Origin: Octopus sinensis
Lineage: Eukaryota
Direction of reading: 5' to 3'
DNA length: 64,000 bases
NCBI RefSeq assembly: GCF_006345805.1
Contig: NC_043006.1
Span: 97,402,001 to 97,466,000, forward strand
In this document: positions 11,880-24,029 of the stretch, piece by piece
How the letters are laid out: every line of letters starts with the position of its first letter
Numbering within the stretch: the stretch's first letter is position 1
Made by a program: the position numbers and the translations under genes
Notes under the pieces: model-generated
Databases searched by the model: none
Told to the model about the DNA's origin: nothing
The model's input: the letters and a program-made list of their open reading frames with translations, nothing else

Positions 11880-12119
11880 ATATATATATATATATATGTA
11901 TGTATGTGTACGTGTTTGTTTGTCCCCCTAGCATTGTTGACAACCGATGCTGGTGTGTTTATGTCCCCGTTACTTAGCGGTTCGGCAAAAGAGACCGATA
12001 GAATAAGTACTGGGCTTACAAAAGAATAAGTCCCCGGGTCGAGTTGCTCGATTAAAGGCGGTGCTCCAGCATGGCCGCAGTCAAATGACTGAAACAAGTA
12101 AAAGAGAAAGAGAAAGAGA
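11672..12119 (+). mobile_element. SINE family A (tRNA head, CORE-like segment, internal microsatellite, stem-loop tail)
   Basis: A-box-like tggctgtgtggtaag, B-box-like gggttcagtcc, gtggcaccttgggcaagtg CORE-like motif, tail ...cagtcaaatgactgaaacaagtaaaagag. Confidence 0.9.
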
Positions 12120-12388
12120 GACAAGAAAGTAAAATCTGAACGTAGTTTAGCCGTGAAGACAGCAGAAAGATTGGGTGTTATAAGACGGGGAAAAAAATGT
12201 TGTCTGCAGGCAGCTACGGGACTCAGATGTCAGCTGAGTAATTTGCCATTAAGCTAAACGGTCCGCTGACAGCAACCTCCGTCAAATTAAACGCTAAATA
12301 AATAGCCTTCAGAATGCAGCAACATTTTGTGTGTAAAATACGAAACACATTCGAGACTTCCAAAAGTTTCTTTACAAAATATTCTTGC

Positions 12389-12421
<33 letters not shown>

Positions 12422-13423
12422 GTAAATCCCCCCCACCAAAAAAAAAACAAAACAAAAAAACTAAGAACAAACACAAAGGAAGGAAAGAAAGGTGGTATGC
12501 TTATATATATGTATATATACGTACATGCATACATACATATTTATATATATACATGTATATTAAATATATAATTAAATATGCATATGCATATGATTGCTTT
12601 CATGTATAATTACATATAATTATATGCAGAGACAGTCAAACATTATTTGAAGAATCATTCAACCGTTTGATGGAGGCAATTAACCCGAAACTTCGAAGTT
12701 ACTGTCAAACATTTCCGTGTGTGCATGTGTATTAGTTAAATTTTATAAGTGTATTATAAAATTCGAAAGCTAATGTTCTTCCTTGATTATACATTGATTA
12801 TTTAAATAGAATACTTTTAAGTGGAATTCTGATCTTTGATTACAGATTACTCGTATCTGGTATCGTGATGAAAGATTTATCGGCATTATTCTATTGAATA
12901 ACCTACCATTTTATCGTATCCCTGAAGAACAATGTGTCTTCTATGTCTGACAACATGAGGCCACGTTAACTGTGAAACCATTGAAATGGTCTCTATTTTA
13001 TTCTATCCCTAAAGAACATTATGAAAGCAATGTGTCTTTTAGTTTGATAGCATGGGGCATGCGAGCTGCGAAATAATTTGAAGACAAAGAACAACTAAAA
13101 AAAGGAAGAAAACTTTAAAAATCTGAGCTGCGAAATCATTCAATCAGCTCCTTGGGGAAATACATTTCATTCAAAGGTTCGCAACGGGTACCAAAGGTGA
13201 AGTAATATTTAAGGAAAGTAACATTAGGCAGGGTTTTATATCGGACTGTAATGGTACTTCATTTACGTTTAGAAACATGGAGTGGGGTTCATTATTAAAA
13301 AAAATGCTGAGCGAAAGGTTTGTACATACAACTAAATTGATAAGTGCCAACGCACGAACACACTTGGATCTTGAGTCACTCCGTTACTTCTGTTAAATAT
13401 TAATAAAAATATACATATACACA

Positions 13424-13851
13424 GCAGGAGTGGCTGTGTGGTAAGTAGCTTGCTTACCAACCACATGGTTCCGAGTTCAGTCCCACTGCGTGGCATCTTG
13501 GGCAAGTGTCTTCTTCTATAGTCCCGTGCCGACCAATGCCTTGTGAGTGGATTTGGTAGACGGAAACTGAAAGAAGCCTGTCGTATATATATATATATAT
13601 ATATGGGTGTGTGGTGTGTGTGTGGTGTGTGTGTGTGTTTGTGTGTCTGTGTTTTGTCCCCCTAGCATTGCTTGACAAACGATGTGGGGTGTGTTTATGT
13701 CCCCGTTACTTAGCGGTTCGGCAAAAGAGACCGATAGAATAAGTACTGGGCTTACAAAGAAGAATAAGTCCCGGGGTCGATTTGCTTGACTAAAGGCGGT
13801 GCTCCAGCATGGCCGCAGTCAAATGAATGAAACAAGTAAAAGAGTAAAGAG
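13424..13851 (+). mobile_element. SINE family A, full length
   Basis: Same structure as the 11672 copy. Confidence 0.9.
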
Positions 13852-13897
13852 TATATATTCATATTTTGAGTTCTATTTTTCCTATTTGCATCGATAT

Positions 13898-14218
13898 GGA
13901 AGCGATTGGCTCAGTGGTTAGAGAATGAAGTTCACAATCAAAAGTTGGTGAGTTCGACTCCCAGACCAGGCTGTGTGTTGTGTTATTGAGCAAGGCACTT
14001 TATTTCACTCAGCTGTAGAAATGAGTTGCGACGTTACTGGTGCCAGGTTGTATTGGTATTTGCCATTCTCTTGGATTACGTCGCTGGTGTGGAAAGGGGA
14101 GGCTGGTATGCATGGGCGACTGCTGTTCATCTATAAAAAACCTTGCCCGGACTTGTGCCTTGAGGAGTAACTTTCTAGGTTCAATCCTATTAGTCATTCA
14201 TGACCAAGAGGATCTTTA

Positions 14219-14220
<2 letters not shown>
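13898..14220 (+). mobile_element. SINE family E (tRNA + CORE-like head, tail E)
   Basis: tggctcagtggttag A-box, gagttcgactcc B-box, gttgtgttattgagcaaggcacttta; homologous to the minus copy at 42318-42640. Confidence 0.8.
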
Positions 14221-14262
<42 letters not shown>

Positions 14263-14264
14263 GT

Positions 14265-14572
14265 GTGGAGGCGCAATGGCCCAGTGGTTAGGGCAGCGGA
14301 CTCGCGGTCGTAGGATCGCGGTTTCGATTCCCAGGCCGGGCATTGTGAGTGTTTATTGAGTAAAAACACCTAAAAGTTCCACGAGGCTCCGGCAGGGGGT
14401 GGTGATCCCTGCTGTACTCTTTCACCACTCTTTCTCCCACTCTTTCTTCTGTTGGCCTGCTCGCTTAGTCAGCGGGTGGCGTCATTTGAAGGCTAAAACA
14501 ATGCGAACGCATTGTGACCAGCGATGTGTAACAACATCTGATGGTCTGGTCAGTCACGTGATCACGTGATAT
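14265..14572 (+). mobile_element. SINE family C with (TCACGTGA)2 tail
   Basis: tggcccagtggttagggc A-box, ggtttcgattccc B-box; second copy at 22484-22780. Confidence 0.85.
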
Positions 14573-15085
14573 ATACATCACATAAACAATGCGGTTTTTT
14601 ATGCTTCTTTTTTTTTTCAAAATTAAGATAAAGATCTTTTTAAATCTAAAATATACTCTCCTTTATTTTCTACAATGCTCTTCCATCTATCTGGTAGACT
14701 TGCAAAGCCCCCCACTTCCAAAATGCACTTGTCCATGACGAAAAATACTCCTCCAATACTGTTCTGACTTCGCCTACAGAATTCAAATTTTTCCCTCCAA
14801 ATGATTTTGAAAACTACAGAATAAGAGGTAATCAGATGGAGCATTGTTAATTCAAATTGCTCCAGCCTTTGGAATGCCATCCTCGGTGTATGTCTCCAAG
14901 CAATATCCTGATGGAAGAACACCTCTCATTTTGAAATCAAATATAGTCGTTTTCCTTCTGGCGCTGACTTGAATGACTGGTTGAATGGCCAAATCCAAGC
15001 TTCTCTGCTAGTTCCTCAACAGTTACAATGAGATTTTGTTCCACCAGGTTTGTAGGACGTCCTCGTTGAGCTCTACAGATCTTTT
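14573..15085 (-). mobile_element. Mariner transposon remnant, internally deleted
   Basis: SVELNEDVLQT..VTVEELAEKLGFGHST (HTH region) and ..SLPDRWKSIVENKGEYILD (mariner C-terminus). Confidence 0.75.
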
Positions 15086-15091
15086 ACTTAG

Positions 15092-16140
15092 GATGAAAGT
15101 GTATGATGAAAATGTTTGATGAAAATGTTCGATGAAAATGTTGGCTGAAAATGTCTGATGAAAATGTCTATTGAAAATGTCTGATGAAAGTGTTTGATGA
15201 AAATGTATGATGAAAATATTTGATGAAAATGCTTGAGGAAAATTTTTGATGAAAATGTTTGATGAAAATGTCTGATGATGTTTGATGAAAATGTCTGATG
15301 AAAATGTCTGATGAAAACATTTGATGAAAATATTTGATGAAAATGTTTGATGAAAATGTTTGATGAAAATGTTTGATGAAAGTGTTTCATGAAAATGTCT
15401 GATGAAAGTGTTTGATGAAAATGTTTGATGAAAATGTATGATGAAAGTGTCTGATGAATTGTTTGATGATGATGTTTGACGAAAATGTTTGACGAAAATG
15501 TAAGATTAAAATGTTTGATGAAAATGTCTGATGAATATGTTTGATGAAAATATTTGACGAATTTTCTGATAAAATCTTATGAAAATATTTGATGAAAATG
15601 TTTGATGAAAATGTTTGATGAAAAAATATGATGAGTGTTTGATGAAAACGTATAATGAAAATGTTTGATGAAACTATTTGATGAGAATGTCTGATGAAAA
15701 TATTTAATGAAAAGGTTTGATGAAAATATTTGATGAAAATGATGAAAATGTTTGATGAATATGTTTGATGAAAATGTTTGATAGAAATGTTTGATGAAAA
15801 TTTTTAAGGAAAATGTTGGATGAAAATGTATGATGAAAATGTCTAATGAAAATATCTGACGAAAATCTTTGACGAAAATGTTTGTTGAAAATGTTTGAAA
15901 ACGTTGATAAAACTTTTTGATGAAATTTGTGATGAAATGTTTGATGAACATCTGTGATGAAAATGTTTGATGAAAATGTTTGACGAATGTGTCTGATGAA
16001 AATGTCTGATGAAAATGTTTGAGGAAAATGTTTGAGGAAAATATTTGAGGAAAATATTTGATGAAAACTTTTGTCGAAATTTTTGATGTTTGTTGAAAAT
16101 ATTTGATGAAAATGTCTGATGAAAATGTTTGATGAAAATG
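15092..16140. repeat. 13-bp minisatellite (GATGAAAATGTTT)n, roughly 80 degenerate units
   Basis: Direct reading of tandem GATGAAAA(T/C)(G/A)T(T/C)T units. Confidence 0.92.
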
Positions 16141-16408
16141 TCTCCCATCCTCGGAACTTTCCAGAAAATCTCATTCTCGGAATTTTCCCGAAAGTCTCAT
16201 CCTCGGAACTTTCCAAGAAGTCCTCGGAATTTTCCAGGAAGTCTCAACCTCGCAACTTTCCAGGAAATCTCCCATCTACGTAACTTTCAAGGATGTCCTC
16301 GGAATTTTCCAGGATGTCCCGACCATGGAACTTTCCATGTAGTCTCTCATCCTCGGAACTTTCCAGGAAGTCCTCGTAATTTTCCAGGAAGTTTTCAGGA
16401 AGTCTCTC
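16141..16408. repeat. Second minisatellite, variable 21-30 bp unit with core CCTCGGAACTTTCCAGGAAGT
   Basis: About 10 degenerate units immediately after the 13-bp array. Confidence 0.8.
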
Positions 16409-17719
16409 AGCTAGGGTTAGACTTATCAGCGAAAAAAAGCATCTCTGAAGTGATCTTCGTGGTTAACCGCGTCAGGATAACGGTTGGTAATGCTTTTAAC
16501 ATTACCTTTCTATATAGATTAATCTGAAATTGTCGTATACATCTCTTCGCAAATTAGGTAATTTCGGGGCTGGTCTGCAATCATTTATAGTTAAACGTTT
16601 CCTTTCAAAATCTTTTTTTAAATTTTTTTTATTAAACTGGACTAGTATTTCGAATGAGCAATAAATATCAAAGCATTTAACAATGAGCATTAAATATCAT
16701 AGATAAAAACAAATCATTTTGTTCCCTTGTCAAACTTTGGACCTAACAACCTAAATAAGAAAACCGATATGACTGAAAGAATTTTAAAAAGGCTTTTATT
16801 TTTAGGCTGAGGTCAAACAGTCGAATCCATTCAACCTTGTCGTCAGTCTTTAGCGACATCAACTACAAAGAACTTGAGAGAGGTGACAGATAGAGGAGAG
16901 GACACAGAATTGTAAGATTTTGGAGTTACTTTTGTCAGAATATCCAAGTAATGCTATGTAGCCGTAGATGCTGGTCATGTTGTTGTTCTTGTTGTTTGCT
17001 GCTACTGTTGTTGTCACATGCTTTTTATTTTGATGCTACTTTGCTTCAGAAGTTGGTTAGTCATAAATTCCCTTGGGAATTTTAAGCCCAGCTTCATCAC
17101 TTTTATTTATTTATTTTGGTTCTTTGTATTTGCTTTGAAGCGAAATCTAGCTTCAAGCATCTTATACAGATAATTTTTTAGACACTATTTTCTGATACTG
17201 GTAAAATTATGTAGGGGTGCAAATTTTGATCTTGCACCACCTGAAAATTCCAAGGGGTGCAGGTGCACTCGCTGCACCCATTGTTCGCGGGCCCTTGATG
17301 CAACTCGAAACCTAAGATTAAAATACTAATGTGTATAACACCTATAGTGTACATACAAAGGTAGACGGCGCTATCTGTAATATTTTGTCTCAAAGAAACA
17401 CCTCAAACAAACGCTTGCGATAAAAACACAGGGCATCACGCAGAACGCCGGTTGATCATTGTAAGATATTGTCTGCATAGGAATGGTCATATTTGTACGC
17501 TACTGAAACAGTCCCACAAAGGAAAATCAAATCCAAAGCGGTGTCCATGGGCGAAAAAAGATTAAAGACAACTGCATTGGAGTAACAATACAGCTCACGC
17601 TATAAGTAAATCTGTTATTGGAGGCAGTTTCAGGAGAAGTCGTGATTGGTTAGATATTTTTCATCACGTGGGAAATGGCCTAGCGAATCATGACAACGGG
17701 TGATGGCTGAATATTCCTG

Positions 17720-17781
<62 letters not shown>

Positions 17782-17830
17782 GTCTGTCTGTCTGTCTGTC
17801 TGTCTGTGTATGTATGTATATGTATGTATA
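17720..17830. repeat. (TATC)n/(TGTC)n/(TATG)n microsatellite
   Basis: Direct reading. Confidence 0.9.
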
Positions 17831-18117
17831 TATATATATTTATATACATTGTATAATATATATATATATGTTTAAATATTCACGTCCATATATAAATTTA
17901 TATTTAATAAACATTGCATACAATAGAAATAGGGTTCGACTCACGCTCAGGTGCATATTTCGGGGTGGTGCATACGGCCCAGGAGAAGCAACAGAGCTCA
18001 CGGTAGCAAAATACCTATACATGGCTCTTGCCACAATCCATTTTTTCATTTGAACTCCATATTATATGACAACAGATTGTCAGAAAAAAATTGCATGTGT
18101 GCGTTGTATATATATTA

Positions 18118-18167
<50 letters not shown>

Positions 18168-18204
18168 TTATATATATATGTATGTATATATATATATACA
18201 CACA

Positions 18205-18833
18205 CAGGTTGGTGCAAAAGTAGGCTAATAGCTGTATATTTTTATTCCAAGGTAAGCTAACAGTTTGGCATTGTGGCTGATAGACTCCACGAAAGTTTCA
18301 ATGATCAGGACAGACGTTTTGAGCATTTACGGGAATAACATTGTACAATGTTTTTAAATAAAAAAAAAAAATATACTACGCAGGAGTGGCTGTGTGGTAA
18401 GTAGCTTGCCTACCAACCACATGGTTCTGGGTTCAGTCCCACTGCGTGGCATATTGGGCAAGTGTCTTCTGCTATAGCCTCGGGCCGACCAATGCCTTGT
18501 GAGTGGATTTGGTAGACGGAAACTGAAAGAAGCCCGTCGTATATATGTATATATATGTATGTATGTGTATGTATATGTTTGTGTGTCTGTGTTTGTCCCT
18601 CTAGCAATGCTTGACAACCGATGCTGGTGTGTTTATGTCCCCGTCACTTAGCGGTTCGGCAAAAGAGACCGATAGAATAAGTACTGGGCTTACAAAAGAA
18701 TGTCCCGGGGTCGAGTTGCTCGATTAAAGGCGGTGCTCCAGCATGGCCGCAGTCACATGACTGAAACAAGTAAAAGAGTAAAAGAGTAAAAGAGAGTACT
18801 ATACAACTATTACCCTACTTTTGCACCACTCTG
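18205..18833. mobile_element. Tc1/mariner-type MITE (about 33-bp TIRs) interrupted by a SINE A
   Basis: Left caggttggtgcaaaagtaggctaatagctgtat versus reverse complement of right end cagagtggtgcaaaagtagggtaatagttgtat; TA follows the right end. Confidence 0.8.
18378..18796 (+). mobile_element. SINE family A, full length, nested in MITE
   Basis: Same structure as other A copies. Confidence 0.9.
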
Positions 18834-18899
18834 TATAAACGGTAGACACTCAGGATAGGAAAAAAAATCAAAATATTAACAGAACAGATTTTAGTGTGA

Positions 18900-18960
18900 C
18901 TCTCTGTCTGCTTGTCTCTTTCTTTTCCTTCTTGCATTTATCTGTCTATCTTTCTTTCCT

Positions 18961-18996
<36 letters not shown>

Positions 18997-19000
18997 TTTG

Positions 19001-19035
<35 letters not shown>

Positions 19036-19230
19036 GTCTTCCTTCGTCTTTCCTTCTTTCTTTCTTTCTGTCTTTCTTTCTTTCCTTCTTTCTGTCTTTC
19101 TTTGTCTTTCCTTCTTTCTCTTTCTTTCTTTCTTTCTTTCTGTCTTTCTTTGTCTTTTCTTCTTTCTTTCTTTCTTTCTGTCTTTCTTTGTCTTTGTTTG
19201 TTTGTTTGTTTCTTTCTTTCTTTCTTTTTC
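18900..19230. repeat. (TTTC)n-rich microsatellite
   Basis: Direct reading. Confidence 0.9.
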
Positions 19231-19409
19231 TGTCGCTATGACTATGCAAACACGTCTGCATACACGTGTGATTGAGTGCGTATCTATGTGCATAGGTGTG
19301 CCTGTGCGCGCGTTCGTATGTGAGTGTGTAACTGTCGCTTGTGTAATTTATTCATGTCATGTCAGCCATTCAGTTTCTCATTCTCTGTCTTTGCTGTTCT
19401 ATACTTAGC

Positions 19410-19465
19410 TACATACATACACACACATATATATAAATATATATATGTATATAAATATGTATTTG

Positions 19466-19496
<31 letters not shown>

Positions 19497-19506
19497 GTGC
19501 ATATAC

Positions 19507-19537
<31 letters not shown>

Positions 19538-19709
19538 GTATTATTATATATATACATATGTATTATCATATGATATATATACATATATATATATGGGTAT
19601 ATATATATATATATATGTATACTTATATATTTATGTATAGATATATATGTATGTATATATATGTATATATATCTAATCTATCTATATTTGGTATATACAT
19701 ACGTATACA

Positions 19710-19766
<57 letters not shown>

Positions 19767-19870
19767 TATATGTGTGTGTATATATGTATATATAATACGT
19801 ATATATATATATGTATATATATATATCTATCTATATTTGTATATATACATACGATATAATATATATATAT

Positions 19871-19908
<38 letters not shown>

Positions 19909-20000
19909 TATATATATACATACATAGACATTCATGTAAGCATGTAAATTTATATTTATATCTATTATATATGTATATATATGTATATATCTATAATATC
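19410..20000. repeat. Degenerate (TA)n low-complexity tract
   Basis: Direct reading. Confidence 0.9.
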
Positions 20001-20374
20001 CTCAGATGGAAAAACAAACAAATCATTCAGTCAAAATAATAGAGTTGGACAAACATTTAGAGATTTTAAAACACCTTTCCAAGATGTCTTCCACTGATTA
20101 ATAATTACACGTCAAAAGTAGATTTATTACAAATTATACGTTTCACCACTCGGGGAACTGTAAGTCAACATATATTTTAGAAAAGTTTTAAAAGCAGCAA
20201 CGACTCAGCCAAGTCTGTTTACGTCTCATTGGTATGCATACATACATCTGCACACCCACACATATACGTATATATACATATTTGCATGCATGCATACATG
20301 CATAATGCATACATGTATACGTGCACACACAGACACACGCGCACAACATATATAATATTAGTGTATATATATAT

Positions 20375-20410
<36 letters not shown>

Positions 20411-20920
20411 CCAGATAGTGGTGCTTAGACTTATCAAGTATTCCCTCTAAACTTACAGTACCTATAGATATATATATATAATATATATATACATATACAT
20501 ACATATATGCATACATACGTGCGTGTGTGTGCATGTATGTATGTATATAGGAATAAAAATTTATATATAAAGAACGTGAAATACACGAAGGGACGAACAC
20601 GGAAAACAGACAAGTCACTTAAGCCCTCAATGTATATATACAAGCCTGTATGTATATATATATATGTGTGTGTGTGTGGTGTATGTGTGTGTGCGTGTGT
20701 GTGTGCGTGCGTGTGTACTTGCTTAGGTTCGCGGTGTTGCACGGATGCCTCGAATGTTAAGCTGAAGTGTCCTAACTTGTCGCAAGTGTTTGTGCTGTTC
20801 TTTTTCTATATTTCACACATATTTTCTAGGTTTCCTACGTCTCTCTGTTGTATGATGCTTTTGAAACTGTGTTTATTGGTTATTTTTATTTTGTCACCTA
20901 TAAAATTCTCTACTCTATGT

Positions 20921-20970
20921 CAGTGGTTCTCAACCGGGGCTTATATGGAACTTTAGCGCCCCAAAAAGAT
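20921..20970 (+). mobile_element. hAT/Charlie-type MITE end
   Basis: cagtggttctcaacc terminus preceded by ctctatgt; related to the right end of the 35924-36273 element. Confidence 0.45.
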
Positions 20971-20974
20971 TTTG

Positions 20975-21345
20975 TTGCTGGGAAGTTCGCTTCCCTACCA
21001 CATGGCTCCGAGTTCAGTTTCACTGCGTGATGGCTTGGGCAAGTTTCTTCTACTTTACTCCAGGTCGACAAAAGCCTTGTGTGTGGATTCGTCGTATGTA
21101 TGTGCGTCTGTGTGTCTGTGTGTGTGTGTCGTTGTATTTGTCCTCCATCACCGCTTGCAAACCAGTATTGTTTGCTTACTTCTCCGTAACTTAGCAGGTT
21201 CGATAAAACAAACCGATAGAATAAGTACCAGGCTTAAAAGAAAGAATAAAATACTTATGTCGATTCACTCGACTTGGACCCCTCAAGGTAATGCTCCAGC
21301 ATAGCCGCAGTCAAATGACTGAAACAAGTAAAAGATAAAAAAGAA
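20975..21345 (+). mobile_element. Diverged SINE family A
   Basis: Recognisable B-box, CORE-like motif and cagtcaaatgactg tail. Confidence 0.75.
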
Positions 21346-22090
21346 GGCGATAATATCATTCTGGGAGTTAGGATAGCACAGCCAAAAGGTAATTCATGGT
21401 TTGTAAATTGTGAGGATTAACTTTCAATAGAATTTTTCTTGTGATATGTTGATTACTGTTCTACAATTTCTTTGTAATTTGACGTCTCTGTTCTCAGTGT
21501 CAACTGAAAACCGTCCGTTACCTCCGTTGAAATAAAACATTAGGAAACTGAGCTGCTGAGATATTTATTTGAGTGCATTTCTCGCGTAAGTAGGAAGATG
21601 AAGTTTTTTCTGGCATTTTCAGATATGGCTTTCATTGCGACAGTCTACCAACTTATCGGTAGATGTACCCTTTACAATGCATTTGTAGTGACTGGCAGTT
21701 GTACTCTTTTTAATGACCCTTTACCTGAAATCCTCAGAGACACCCAGCACGATGTTACGAGACGTATGCATTGAAGACGCATGATAAGACAGATGAAATG
21801 AAGTGCCTCAAATATTAGAATGTGACACAATGTGCATTCATCTCATAATTTCGGCTTCAGAAACTCTGGATATGCAGATGCTTTGCCAATATTGCACACT
21901 GGACTATCAGTGTGTGCAAGAACGAGTGACAGCTTAAAAGCTGAATGTGTCGTCATGCATAGCGATTACCAAATTTGCAGCAGATCCAGATGAAGTTACT
22001 GCAAAAGCAATCCGTACGAGTAAACATATTTCTTCCCAAAATTAAGTTCATGAAAAACCATAAAGGAAATGATTCTTCCCGAGTCAGATA

Positions 22091-22483
22091 TACTCTCTTC
22101 TTTACTCTTTTACTTGTTTGTCATTTGACTGTGGCCATGCTGGAGCACCGCCTTTTTAGTCGAGGAAATCGACCCCAGGACTTATTCTTCGTAAGCCTAG
22201 TACTTATTCTATCGGTCTCTTTTTGTCGAAGCGCTAAGTTACCGGGACGTAAACACACCAGCATCGGTTGTCAAGCAATGCTAGGGGGACAAACACAGAC
22301 ACACAAACACACACATATACATATATACGACAGGCTTCTTTCAGTTTCCGTCTACCAAATCCACTCACAAGGCATTGGTCGGCCCGGGGCTATAGCAGAA
22401 GACACTTGCCCAAGGTGCCATGCAGCGGGACTGAACCCGGAACCATGTGGTTGGTTAGCAAGCTACTTACCACACAACCACTT
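22091..22483 (-). mobile_element. SINE family A
   Basis: Reverse complement of the A consensus. Confidence 0.88.
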
Positions 22484-22780
22484 CTCCCAGTGGTTAGGGC
22501 AGCGGACTCGCGATCGGAGGATCGCGGTTTCGATTCCCAAACCGGGCGTTGTGTGTGTTTATTGAGCGAAAAACACCTAAAATAGCTCCACGAGGCTCCG
22601 GCAGGGGGTGGTGATCCCTGCTGTACTCTTTCACCTCTCTTTCTCCCACTCTTTCTTCTGTTGGCCTGCTCGCTTAGCCAGCGGGGTGGCGTCGTTCGAA
22701 GGCTAAAACAATGCAAACGCATTGTGACCAGCGATGTGTAGCAACATCTGATGGTCTGGTCGGTCACGTGATCACGTGAT
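22484..22780 (+). mobile_element. SINE family C (slightly 5'-clipped)
   Basis: Matches 14265-14572 including the tcacgtgatcacgtga tail. Confidence 0.85.
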
Positions 22781-22785
22781 ATATG

Positions 22786-22834
<49 letters not shown>

Positions 22835-22839
<5 letters not shown>

Positions 22840-23003
22840 TACGACGGGCTTCTTTCAGTTTCCGTATACCAAATCCACTCGCAAGGCTTTGGTCGGCCCG
22901 AGGCTATAGTAGAAGACACTTGCCCAAGGTGCCACGCAGTGTGACTGAACCCGGAACCATGTGGTTCATAACCAAGCTACTTACCACACAGCCATTCCTA
23001 CGC
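22835..23003 (-). mobile_element. SINE family A 5' half
   Basis: Reverse complement of the head and CORE-like region. Confidence 0.8.
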
Positions 23004-23631
23004 CTATTTGTTTATTACTTTTTTTATTGGAACCAAAGCAATTAATTTAATTCGATAAATTGTTCCAATTCTTGAATGTCGTAGTTGTTTAAAGTATTTC
23101 TCTTTTGGCAGGCAAAACGTAACTATTCAAGATTTCCAGCCATGGACTGTAAAGTGTCTTCATGGTACGCAATTAGACATGGTTGGGTTAAATTCAAGTT
23201 GTGCTTTTTTCTTTATTCTTGTTGTGCTTGATATATCATGTTTCCTGATGTTCTGATTATTATATCAACCAGTATTGCTGGGGAATGAATGGTGAACGGG
23301 GGTAAAAATGATAGCAAAGAGGTTTCTCATCTTACTTGAAGAAAGCGTGACCGCAGCATCTTCTAACAAACAGGACCATTCTGTGTAATTTTCCAAGAGG
23401 CATCTACCCTAGCCAGTTCCGTTGTATCCTGCATAGAGATATCGCGCAACTGTTCTGAGGCCCTGGAATAAGGCTGGGATTATGAATATTGTGGAAGAAT
23501 GACCTGATAGTTGAATATGTTATTTAAATTTCTCATCTAAAAAAAATCACGTCTTTAATATGTTAATACTCAGTTTCAAATACTACTTCAGATAGAAAAT
23601 AGATTTTTCTTTAATTCTATCTTATGTAAAA

Positions 23632-24029
23632 CTAGCAGTATCGCCCGGCGTTGCTCGGGTTTGTAAGGTAAATAATTATATAAGCATTTTTAGAGATGTA
23701 AAGTATAATAGCCATCTCAATATGGCTAACCACAAAGGGGGGGGGGGGTTACTGTAGCGTTTTACGTTCTGAGATTTAATAATAAATTTTTAGAGAGTTA
23801 CTTCCCTTATATATGCCAAAAATGCATTAAAAATGGGAAAAATTGATGGTAATTTTTTTTTTAATCGTAGACTCATCGTAGACGCGCGCTAATACCCAGA
23901 AGGGCTCGATATGAATCACGACTATAAGATACCCGGTTTTGGTTAAACTGCACCGCAAAATGTGGGAGTAGTTAGGAATCTAAATCGTAGGAGACAGACA
24001 GCACACAACCTCTCTTTTATATATAAAGA
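23632..24029 (-). mobile_element. Non-autonomous Helitron, copy 1
   Basis: Minus strand begins TC(TTTATATATAAAAG) after A and ends CCCGAGCAACGCCGGG hairpin + CGATACTG-CTAG before T; no TSD. Confidence 0.8.

Noticed and set aside
13898-14345. Functional tRNA genes in SINE heads
   Set aside because: A and B boxes are present, but there is no complete acceptor stem and the sequence continues into SINE bodies.
15088-16527. FSSNIFIKHFHQT and PRNFPG repeat ORFs; CRISPR-like regularity
   Set aside because: Products of minisatellites; no unique spacers, no cas genes, eukaryotic context.
16806-16911. Exon between tttttAG and GTAAGA
   Set aside because: Stops in all frames before the donor.
20005-20159. 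Exon between cctcAG and a strong GTAAGT donor
   Set aside because: All three frames contain stops across the span; could only be non-coding or use a weak internal acceptor.
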